This document shows positions 57,342 to 64,000 of a DNA stretch of 64,000 nt, piece by piece (positions within the stretch are counted from its first letter, which is position 1; the number at the start of each line of letters is the position of its first letter). The notes under the pieces were generated by a model. The model was given only the letters and a program-made list of their open reading frames with translations. It was not told where the DNA came from and searched no databases. The stretch is from a virus. The stretch covers positions 33,457 to 97,456 of IMG/VR virus record IMGVR_UViG_3300021365_000005; one strand, 5' to 3'. The position numbers were made by a program, and so were the translations under genes.

Positions 57342-57611
57342 TTATTCAAGAGGTTTATTTTGAATTCCTTCAACTAATTCGTCAACTACCAACTCTGCTT
57401 GGAGATTCTGGAGTGAAGCACATCTTTCATACTCTTCTTTAGCTAAAAAATGAGCTATAAGGCCTTCGATAAGTTTGGTAATAGGAAAGTCTTGGCTGAA
57501 TGCCGTGCTACCATGTTCTACTAACATAAGGTAAGCTTGTTCAGCAGCCATATCCGCAATATATTCGGTTATTTTAGGAAATTCTGTTTCGTCAAATGTA
57601 TGATTCATCAT
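57342..57611 (-). CDS. Small protein with a UVR (UvrB/C)-like motif
   Basis: F.AKEEYERCA.L; TATTTATA at 57613-57620. Confidence 0.6.
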   Translation of the reverse strand: MMNHTFDETEFPKITEYIADMAAEQAYLMLVEHGSTAFSQDFPITKLIEGLIAHFLAKEEYERCASLQNLQAELVVDELVEGIQNKPLE

Positions 57612-57622
57612 ATATAAATATC

Positions 57623-58093
57623 TTATTGAACTTTAGAAATGTTTTCTTTGTTGCTAAGGTATTCTACAACTGATTTCCAATTCATTTCGGTTCCAAAGTG
57701 AATATGTTCGCCCTTAAAATCTTCTACGCCATTCCAAACGTTGTCGTCGATTAAATAATCGCCACGAACCAAACCTTTGTTGTGAGTTAAGATTAATTTC
57801 TTCCTAGCTTTTTCTCCTAGAACGTTGTCGACCCATAATCTCTTGTCGATCCAGCTTGAAGGATTCCTCCAGCTCGGAGATGAGCAGATATAAACATCGA
57901 AATGTTCGTTAAGCCAATTAAAAGCATCGAGTGCTCCAGGCATAGGTTCTAAATCCCGGTAAAAACCAGGAATTCCATGGCAGTCATAGTGTTTATCCTT
58001 TAGCCATTGAGGCATAAGTGCCGCTTTCATATCATAATCGCATAGGACTCCGTCCATGTCGACTAAAACTATTTTTTTATTTTTCATTTTCAA
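57623..58093 (-). CDS. 5'(3')-deoxyribonucleotidase (HAD, NT5C-like)
   Basis: VDMDGVL.D, GFY..L.PMPGA, K..W, GDYLIDD. Confidence 0.92.
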   Translation of the reverse strand: MKMKNKKIVLVDMDGVLCDYDMKAALMPQWLKDKHYDCHGIPGFYRDLEPMPGALDAFNWLNEHFDVYICSSPSWRNPSSWIDKRLWVDNVLGEKARKKLILTHNKGLVRGDYLIDDNVWNGVEDFKGEHIHFGTEMNWKSVVEYLSNKENISKVQ

Positions 58094-58568
58094 ATTTTCT
58101 GATTAAATCTACGTGAAATTGTCTAGGGTATTCATTCTCATCTTCTACAACCCAAAATGATTTGCCATAAAAGCCCCCTATAGTGACAGTTCGATCACAC
58201 CAAGGTTCAAGGATTTCATTAAAACAGTCAAGACGATAGACTTCGTCATAACATCTAAGTAAAACCTTCATACCTTTTGCTAATTTTACCTTACGATTAG
58301 CTAATATTTCGGAAAATATTTCGTTTGGTATAAAACTTTTGTCTAGCTTTGGGCATTTTAGACTTGAAGTTGGATTCCAATGTGAAGCAAGAGCAACTCT
58401 TACCACCATAGATTGTTTTACAACGCCAATTATTTCTAAAACCTTGCGTCTTGTTGCCTGTTCGGACCTGCCGATTTGCAAAGCTACTTTTTTTATTACT
58501 TCACCATCAATATCTTCGTTGACATGAGGAAGTATTTTGAGAATTTCTTCGTTTTTCCAGTAATTCAT
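58077..58568 (-). CDS. Hypothetical protein
   Basis: N-terminal HTH-like segment (VA..IGRS..A.R.K). Confidence 0.55.
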   Translation of the reverse strand: MNYWKNEEILKILPHVNEDIDGEVIKKVALQIGRSEQATRRKVLEIIGVVKQSMVVRVALASHWNPTSSLKCPKLDKSFIPNEIFSEILANRKVKLAKGMKVLLRCYDEVYRLDCFNEILEPWCDRTVTIGGFYGKSFWVVEDENEYPRQFHVDLIRKFENEK

Positions 58569-59032
58569 TATCTGTCTAATTGCTTATTAACCTTATCCCA
58601 ATATTTTTGGGTGGCTTTTTTTGTTAGTCCTCTTGGACCTCCGTTCCAACACCTAGCTTTTGCTTCCGGAGAAGTTAGTTTATAGTGTTCACAGTAGATA
58701 TTGAAAATTTCAATGGACTTAATTCTGTTCCATCTATCTTTCATTTTGTATTTGGTGGTGTCGCCTCTGTGTTTAAGGATTCTATTGACATCCCTTATCA
58801 TTGTTCTCCTGATCTGCAAACAACCAACGGCATCTTCTGATGAACAATAGGCTGAATCATTGCCAGAACTTTCAACGTGTATAAGCGCATATACTAGACT
58901 ATCATTTTCGATATGGACTAATGTATGGGGCTTAGCTTTAAGTGGCTGTATTGGACTCTGCAATGGCTTAATTACAACCCCTGCAGAGCTTATTAAAAGC
59001 ATAGCAAATCCTAATAGGATAAATCGCTTCAT
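58568..59032 (-). CDS. Exported lysozyme-fold muralytic enzyme (SLT/i-type-like)
   Basis: N-terminal signal or anchor, ALI.VES, G.LQI, AR.WNGGP. Confidence 0.82.
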   Translation of the reverse strand: MKRFILLGFAMLLISSAGVVIKPLQSPIQPLKAKPHTLVHIENDSLVYALIHVESSGNDSAYCSSEDAVGCLQIRRTMIRDVNRILKHRGDTTKYKMKDRWNRIKSIEIFNIYCEHYKLTSPEAKARCWNGGPRGLTKKATQKYWDKVNKQLDR

Positions 59033-59328
59033 AGATTAACTGAAACGATAGCTGCTTCTAATAGAGAATCTAGTTCGGCTTCCAGTTTAGAAGCGAGTTT
59101 GTCCCTGAAAGGCTTATTACTTTCGTTAGTGACTAAGACAGATTCTGGACGAGAGGGTCTGAACCAAATACTAAGTTTAGTTTCAGGATTACTGAAGACA
59201 ATTTCCGAACCTTCGTCGTCGGTATCATATCCGAGTTCCTCCATGTGTTCGATAAGGAAGTATTTAATTACTCCTAATTTATGTTTCTTAGTAGATTTAG
59301 AAGATTTTGTTATTACAGGTAAGTCCAT
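59029..59328 (-). CDS. Hypothetical early protein
   Basis: First gene after a 60-bp element. Confidence 0.6.
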   Translation of the reverse strand: MDLPVITKSSKSTKKHKLGVIKYFLIEHMEELGYDTDDEGSEIVFSNPETKLSIWFRPSRPESVLVTNESNKPFRDKLASKLEAELDSLLEAAIVSVNL

Positions 59329-59366
59329 TTTTTAGTGGGTTTTAATGTTTAATAGTTAATTGATGT

Positions 59367-59426
59367 ACATAGCTAATATACAGCTTTATCTGTAGAAGCT
59401 ACGAGGATAATCGTTAAAGTTCGTTA
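59367..59426 (-). promoter_or_regulatory. 60-bp early promoter-like element, copy 1
   Basis: TAACG-N4-TTAACGA-N7-CGTAG-N17-GTATATT-N2-CTATGT; ungapped match to three other copies. Confidence 0.8.
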
Positions 59427-59521
59427 AGATTAAAGACGATTATAATAAAAATAGTTCCAAGGGTGATTAAGCCTGTGTAGTAGATAATTGAATCTACAAT
59501 CGAGTCGAATGAATTTTTCAT
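59414..59521 (-). CDS. Small membrane peptide (35 aa); not in ORF track
   Basis: MKNSFDSIVDSIIYYTGLITLGTIFIIIVFNLNEL*. Confidence 0.5.
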   Translation of the reverse strand: MKNSFDSIVDSIIYYTGLITLGTIFIIIVFNLNEL

Positions 59522-59522
59522 A

Positions 59523-59765
59523 TTAACTTAAGATTGTTAAAAGTGATTTAGGACAGTTGATTTTTCTATTAGCTCCATTTTCTTTAATGATGCAATTGAC
59601 GGTATTAACTTTAGTAACCAGAAATTTAATTCCATGGTATTTAGGTTTGTTAATAGCAACGACAGTACCAATATTGAAAGCGTTATAGGATAGTAGTTTG
59701 ATCTGAGTGTTGATGTCAGACTTAAGCTTTTGAAGCTCGTTTAAGTTTAAATTTTTAATGTTCAT
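59523..59765 (-). CDS. Hypothetical early protein (SH3/KOW-like C-terminal half)
   Basis: F.IG..V....VTKVN pattern. Confidence 0.6.
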   Translation of the reverse strand: MNIKNLNLNELQKLKSDINTQIKLLSYNAFNIGTVVAINKPKYHGIKFLVTKVNTVNCIIKENGANRKINCPKSLLTILS

Positions 59766-59796
59766 TAGTATAGTGGGTTAAATGAATGATTGATTG

Positions 59797-59856
59797 ACAT
59801 AGTCAATATACGACTTATACTACAAATACTACGATGTTCCTCGTTAAAAAACGTTA
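59797..59856 (-). promoter_or_regulatory. 60-bp early promoter-like element, copy 2
   Basis: acatagtcaatatacgactta...ctacga...tcgttaaaaaacgtta on the plus strand. Confidence 0.82.
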
Positions 59857-59876
59857 AAATTTTTAAATTATTTTTC

Positions 59877-61196
59877 TTATGTAGTTCTTTCGGCCCCGTG
59901 TATAACTTTAACAGTTGGGAATCTTAAGGACCAATCCCCATCCTGGTTCTGAGTCTCTTCGAAGTATGCTACAGTAATTAGTTTGCCTATAATGTCCTTA
60001 GGACTTTTATGGTAGCGTATACGTTCTTGTTGACTAAAGCCAGATCCCACCGCCACTTTAAATCCTTTGTGCTCGATAAATACCTGGGCAAGCATATCCA
60101 TTTTAACTTCTTTACCATCTCTGATAACCCTGTGCTCTCTGAAGTCGCATCCTGTAACTTCATACTCTGCATCATGGAATGTTTTAACCTTAAGAAGATT
60201 GTTAGAACGTTTGCCTTCATATCCTACATTTTTACGAATCATGAATCCTTCCCACTGATTATCCTTGGCCATATCTTGCCATGTTTCAAAGTGCGAATCG
60301 CTTCGTAAAGGAAAGTGCTCTACGTATTGAAGTGTGTCTCCATCCGACGAGTCCACTATAGAACTAGCAACTCTTAGTCTTTTTTCTAGAGGCTCATCAC
60401 CTACTTTATCGTCAAAGGTTTTTTTAGAAATACAGTCGAAGATTTTAAATTTAGGATTCTGGATAGTGTGGTCCTTGCGTCTAATCTCTTTCATAATTGC
60501 CTGGAAGTCCTCGTTGTCCAGATCATTACATATACAGATCTCGCCATCTAAAACAATGTTAACCAAGTTAAGAGCTTCTATATCTTTAACAACTTTATCC
60601 AAGGTATCAAAGACTTGGCCTTGACGCGATCGTAATTCCACCCGCCCCGTCGCATCCACAACAGCAAGGCAGCGCACCCCATCAAGTTTACGAGAAGCAT
60701 ACCAAATAGCATCGGCATCACGATTAGAGAGATCCACAAGTTTAGGTTGGTAGACATTAGCCAATGCAGGTTTAAATGTGGGGATCCACCCAGGCACAAT
60801 GGCATTAAACACCCCATCACTAGCACGCACTTCTAAGTTGCGGTCAACCACACTAAAGATTAAATCCTCATATGCTTTGTTTAGAAATACGTAGCCATTG
60901 ACTTTTGCAATAGCATCATGTCCGGTGTAGACCCTGTTATTGAGATCATCTAGTAACTCGAATATGTTGGCATAGCCATGTGTGACATCCAGAAGATCCG
61001 GATTAGCTCGACATGTTTTAGATGTAACATGGTAGACCCGGAATGGATCATAAGTGTATTCGACGAGCTTAACCAGGAATGAATGACACTTGTAGATGTG
61101 TATAATTTCTTTCTTGACCGTGGTCTTGGAATTGGCTTTCATTTCACGAACAAAGTCGGCAGCCAGCGACCAGTTGTCTTTAGGGTGGTTTATCAT
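59877..61196 (-). CDS. ATP-dependent DNA ligase
   Basis: KLDGVR, LDGEI, IFD, WEG.M.R, KRS..LLKVK, VGSG, SLRFP. Confidence 0.96.
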   Translation of the reverse strand: MINHPKDNWSLAADFVREMKANSKTTVKKEIIHIYKCHSFLVKLVEYTYDPFRVYHVTSKTCRANPDLLDVTHGYANIFELLDDLNNRVYTGHDAIAKVNGYVFLNKAYEDLIFSVVDRNLEVRASDGVFNAIVPGWIPTFKPALANVYQPKLVDLSNRDADAIWYASRKLDGVRCLAVVDATGRVELRSRQGQVFDTLDKVVKDIEALNLVNIVLDGEICICNDLDNEDFQAIMKEIRRKDHTIQNPKFKIFDCISKKTFDDKVGDEPLEKRLRVASSIVDSSDGDTLQYVEHFPLRSDSHFETWQDMAKDNQWEGFMIRKNVGYEGKRSNNLLKVKTFHDAEYEVTGCDFREHRVIRDGKEVKMDMLAQVFIEHKGFKVAVGSGFSQQERIRYHKSPKDIIGKLITVAYFEETQNQDGDWSLRFPTVKVIHGAERTT

Positions 61197-61570
61197 TTAG
61201 TAGAGGTATCGGAGTGAACGTATTCAATAATGGTTTCAACAGGAAGATCGTAGAGCTCCGCTAGATAGTGGAGACCATTGCCTTGCTTGTAGAGCGATCG
61301 GGCTTCATTGACTTGGCCGGCGTTGAGTTCGCTATGTGGAAAGTACTTGGCATCCCATTCCGGAAACACTTTGAAGAGTTCAGGAGGAAATGGTTGCCGT
61401 CTAGTAAGAAGAGTGTTCAGAGCATGTTCGCAACTCTCACAATGAAGGTTAAGACTTTCGGGTAGGTCTATGTCCAAATCGTGGAGTAGTGAGCGTCGGG
61501 CCTTGAGCTTATCAGTGAGGGTGGTTAAAAATTCCCTTTGAGAGATGTAGTCTAGTGGTGCTGTTGTCAT
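61193..61570 (-). CDS. Hypothetical protein with C-terminal HTH
   Basis: V.EAR.LY..G.....LAE.Y....TI. Confidence 0.6.
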   Translation of the reverse strand: MTTAPLDYISQREFLTTLTDKLKARRSLLHDLDIDLPESLNLHCESCEHALNTLLTRRQPFPPELFKVFPEWDAKYFPHSELNAGQVNEARSLYKQGNGLHYLAELYDLPVETIIEYVHSDTSTK

Positions 61571-61574
61571 GGTT

Positions 61575-61796
61575 CTAGTAATATTTTATGATGTTGCCGT
61601 TTTTGGTGATGAGATTAATACCTAGTTCTATTTCAATTTTGCGGAAGTCCAATCGGCCCATATGAATGGCTTGTTGAAGCGCCGTCGCAAACACAGGATA
61701 AGGTAGCGCGAGGTCACTCCGTTCGGTAAACCACTCATAGAGCAATTCGGCACCTTGTCCGGTGTTCTTGAATGTTATGTATTGGTCTCGGGTCAT
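61575..61796 (-). CDS. Hypothetical early protein
   Basis: Tightly packed ORF. Confidence 0.55.
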   Translation of the reverse strand: MTRDQYITFKNTGQGAELLYEWFTERSDLALPYPVFATALQQAIHMGRLDFRKIEIELGINLITKNGNIIKYY

Positions 61797-62081
61797 TTAG
61801 AGTTTAGGCTCGTAGAGTCGCCACCACTTATTGAGGATCTTGAGTGTGCGCTTCCGAGGTTCTTGACCTTCTTGGACACAGATCATGAGCTTGCGAAGTT
61901 GGGTGACGTGAAGACACGTGGTGGGTGTTGAGGGATGGTACCCGATCCTAGTGATGAGACTCTCAATCTTCTTCATGAAGTTCACAACAAGAGCCTGTTG
62001 GTCCATGTCCGAGATCTCACTGTCGGTGTACCAATGGCGGGGATCCGCCTTGGGTAGGCCATTGTCGTCGCGTTCAAACAT
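61797..62081 (-). CDS. Hypothetical early protein
   Basis: Tightly packed ORF. Confidence 0.55.
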   Translation of the reverse strand: MFERDDNGLPKADPRHWYTDSEISDMDQQALVVNFMKKIESLITRIGYHPSTPTTCLHVTQLRKLMICVQEGQEPRKRTLKILNKWWRLYEPKL

Positions 62082-62314
62082 TAGTTGTGTTTCATACCTG
62101 TCATGACCCCATAACCTTTGCGAGCGGAGAGTCGGTTAATATTGTCGGCCACCTCTTTGGGTAGCACTTGGATTGTGTTGCCGGTTTTATGATTGCTTAT
62201 AGCCACGCATCCATAAGGTTGAGTGGTGCTACAGTTCACACACGTGTGGTAGCCCAAAGCGGTGCGGCCGGCAGGGATAGTGGCTTTACAGCCGCATTTA
62301 AGGAGAGTGCTCAT
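62081..62314 (-). CDS. DksA/TraR-type C4 zinc-finger protein
   Basis: C.C...IP.GR...G...CV.CS. Confidence 0.65.
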   Translation of the reverse strand: MSTLLKCGCKATIPAGRTALGYHTCVNCSTTQPYGCVAISNHKTGNTIQVLPKEVADNINRLSARKGYGVMTGMKHN

Positions 62315-62544
62315 TGGTCTTCGTCTACTGTGATGAATTGGTTAGAGTAGTCTATGCCTTCGAGAATATCGATAGCATGCTCGAGAGCTGCCGTCATGTT
62401 GTTTACAAGCGACTCTAGTCCACTGCTTCTAACACAGTTATTGATTTCGTAGCACATATCATTTGTTTCGTTGATAGCTCTAACTGCTTGTTTTAATTCG
62501 GGGACACATCCCCAACCGTCTTCGGTGGTTTTTATTTTACTCAT
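62311..62544 (-). CDS. Hypothetical early protein
   Basis: First gene after element copy 3. Confidence 0.6.
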   Translation of the reverse strand: MSKIKTTEDGWGCVPELKQAVRAINETNDMCYEINNCVRSSGLESLVNNMTAALEHAIDILEGIDYSNQFITVDEDQ

Positions 62545-62570
62545 TTGTTATGGGTTTGAGTGATTAATGA

Positions 62571-62630
62571 ACATAGTCAATATACAATATAATTTGCAAA
62601 GACTATGAGGAATTTCGTTAAAGAACGTTA
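62571..62630 (-). promoter_or_regulatory. 60-bp early promoter-like element, copy 3
   Basis: Ungapped match to the other copies. Confidence 0.8.
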
Positions 62631-62978
62631 GTCTAGGTATGAATCAGATTTATAGAAAGGATCAGTGTTCTGGGCTTCGGCCTTCTTGGCGAACCATTCA
62701 GGAGAGTAGGGTCCTTCGTTCTTAAAGGACACAAGGCAGCGTCCTGTGGTGGCACTGTAGCTTCCTATGTCCTTTATTCTGGGTAGTAGGCCTCCGTTCT
62801 CTTGAACAAGTTCCTGGAGGAATTTATTGATGGGCTCTTGCATGGCTTCGCCATATCCCAAAGGATTTGAACTTAGCACCGGGATGTATTTTGGGTCCAT
62901 CTCCCTGTAGATCGTGACCTTGGGAAATAGCCTTGTGTAGTTCTTAGTGCTGGTAATTGGAGTGTGGATTTTATTCAT
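62628..62978 (-). CDS. Hypothetical early protein
   Basis: 116-aa ORF coupled to the upstream gene. Confidence 0.55.
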   Translation of the reverse strand: MNKIHTPITSTKNYTRLFPKVTIYREMDPKYIPVLSSNPLGYGEAMQEPINKFLQELVQENGGLLPRIKDIGSYSATTGRCLVSFKNEGPYSPEWFAKKAEAQNTDPFYKSDSYLD

Positions 62979-63189
62979 TATTTTTATTTATTATGTTCTC
63001 TATGAAAGTCCTTTGGGTGTCCCGTACTTCTTTGTCGAATTCGGTTGCAGATAGTGAACTCGAGCCTTTGGCTTGGTTCTTAGATTCCTGGATCATTGCG
63101 TGGGCTTTTGCCATTGTGAGTTCCCCTGAAAGAACCCTTTTTAATGTGTGGGCCTTGAATTCGAGGAAGGTTTTTAGGTGCTCATTCAT
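62971..63189 (-). CDS. Hypothetical early protein, paralog of 63186..63398
   Basis: LKTFLEFKAHTLKR...GELT...A..IQ. Confidence 0.65.
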   Translation of the reverse strand: MNEHLKTFLEFKAHTLKRVLSGELTMAKAHAMIQESKNQAKGSSSLSATEFDKEVRDTQRTFIENIINKNNE

Positions 63190-63398
63190 TTTTTATATCT
63201 TTGGCTTGCTTCGTCCAGTAGCTCCTGGAGGAAGTCTTTTTTAGTTAAGTGGCTTGCGAGGATAGCAGCATCTAGTGCAGGCTGAATTAGTATGTTGGCC
63301 ATACGAGGAGTTATTTCTCCTGCGGCTGCTCTTTTGAGCGTGTTGGCCTTGAACTCTATAAACTTTAGTACTTCGGGATTGACCTTTCGTGGGTTCAT
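63186..63398 (-). CDS. Hypothetical early protein, paralog of 62971..63189
   Basis: LKFIEFKANTLKR...GEIT...A..IQ. Confidence 0.65.
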   Translation of the reverse strand: MNPRKVNPEVLKFIEFKANTLKRAAAGEITPRMANILIQPALDAAILASHLTKKDFLQELLDEASQRYKK

Positions 63399-63411
63399 GA
63401 TTCTATGTGTT

Positions 63412-63582
63412 TTATTTAGTGATGTTGTTCTTCCAAGTTTTGACTGATAGTCTTGCTTCTAAGCCATCCTCATCAATTATAATGATGTCTCTCATTAGCA
63501 CTTTTGTGACTATGCCTCTGTACGCTCCATCGTCATAGTGAAGCTTGTCACCTATTTTGAAATATTTAGAAGTCTTAGACAT
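63412..63582 (-). CDS. Small SH3-like early protein (56 aa); not in ORF track
   Basis: MSKTSKYFKIGDKLHYDDGAYRGIVTKVLMRDIIIIDEDGLEARLSVKTWKNNITK*. Confidence 0.7.
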   Translation of the reverse strand: MSKTSKYFKIGDKLHYDDGAYRGIVTKVLMRDIIIIDEDGLEARLSVKTWKNNITK

Positions 63583-63601
63583 GTGTATGAATGATTGATT
63601 G

Positions 63602-63661
63602 ACATAGTCAATATACGACTTATCTGGCCATTACTACGATGTTAATCGTTAAAAAACGTTA
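63602..63661 (-). promoter_or_regulatory. 60-bp early promoter-like element, copy 4
   Basis: Nearly identical to copy 2, including the downstream CAATCAATCATTCAT leader. Confidence 0.82.
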
Positions 63662-63673
63662 GGAGCCTGAACC

Positions 63674-63919
63674 TTATTTGGTGAGCTTGGTGAGCTGCTT
63701 GTGAAGAAATGCTATTTGATTCCTCAATGACTTTGCGGGTACTGGTTGTAGATTCCCAATTGCCTTTTCGATGGCGAGTCCATTACTCTGATCAAGGAGT
63801 AGTTTTAGGAGGTCCCCAAACTCTTTGACTGCTTGGTCGTTCACCGAGGGAGCTTCCTGGAGTGACCCTTTGCTCTCTAGTGGGCCAGAGGCCTCTAGTA
63901 TGTTTGTTAGCTTTATCAT
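63674..63919 (-). CDS. Putative internal head protein
   Basis: MIKLTNILE-A leader like 10440, 10781 and 11471; further PLE-S and LQE-A sites. Confidence 0.6.
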   Translation of the reverse strand: MIKLTNILEASGPLESKGSLQEAPSVNDQAVKEFGDLLKLLLDQSNGLAIEKAIGNLQPVPAKSLRNQIAFLHKQLTKLTK

Positions 63920-63929
63920 TTCTTTATTT

Positions 63930-64000
63930 TTAGTACAAATCTTTTAATGCACTTCTTAACAATTTAATTATTTCCCTGTCTTTTTTATTAGTACTACCTG
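63930..64000 (-). CDS. 3' end of a gene entering from outside the window
   Basis: ...GSTNKKDREIIKLLRSALKDLY*. Confidence 0.45.
   Translation of the reverse strand, partial: GSTNKKDREIIKLLRSALKDLY

Noticed and set aside
7385-61196. Introns or inteins in capsid, portal, terminase, primase or ligase
   Set aside because: Lengths and motif spacing are normal; no splice-junction motifs were seen.
662-63244. Plus-strand ORFs in the track
   Set aside because: All overlap longer, motif-bearing minus-strand genes and read as antisense shadows.
59367-63661. CRISPR array from the 60-bp repeats (or from the 27-bp pair at 56202-56268)
   Set aside because: The 60-bp copies are degenerate, hundreds to thousands of bp apart and separated by genes; the 27-bp repeat has only two copies with a 13-nt gap; no cas genes.
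1-64000. Stop-codon reassignment as in some large phages
   Set aside because: Core genes are full length in the standard code, and TAA, TAG and TGA all end genes.

Overview
Segment of a large, AT-rich T4-like (Far-T4/bS21-type) myophage genome in the standard genetic code; all credible genes are on the minus strand. From high to low coordinates it contains: an early region of small ORFs and an ATP-dependent DNA ligase behind four copies of a 60-bp promoter-like element; a host-takeover block (5'-nucleotidase, tmRNA, ClpP, HD protein, gp55-like sigma factor); baseplate genes; primase and an Mre11-Rad50 (gp47-gp46) fusion; a tail-fibre cassette with an embedded methyltransferase; and the head module (terminase, portal, protease, small head proteins, bS21, scaffold, major capsid), followed by PhoH and two more fibres. 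Several features point to a Bacteroidota host (inference). Main findings: (1) a circularly permuted two-piece tmRNA at about 56040-56334 with tag GEQVELAMAA, near ClpP; (2) a possible translation switch, in which bS21 and early genes lack Shine-Dalgarno sequences while most late genes carry AGGA/AGGAGA; (3) a late promoter-like motif that reads TATTTATA on the coding strand, the reverse complement of the T4 late promoter; (4) a family of putative protease-processed head cargo proteins, including a tandem zeta-like kinase polyprotein. All calls come from reading the sequence; no database searches were run.
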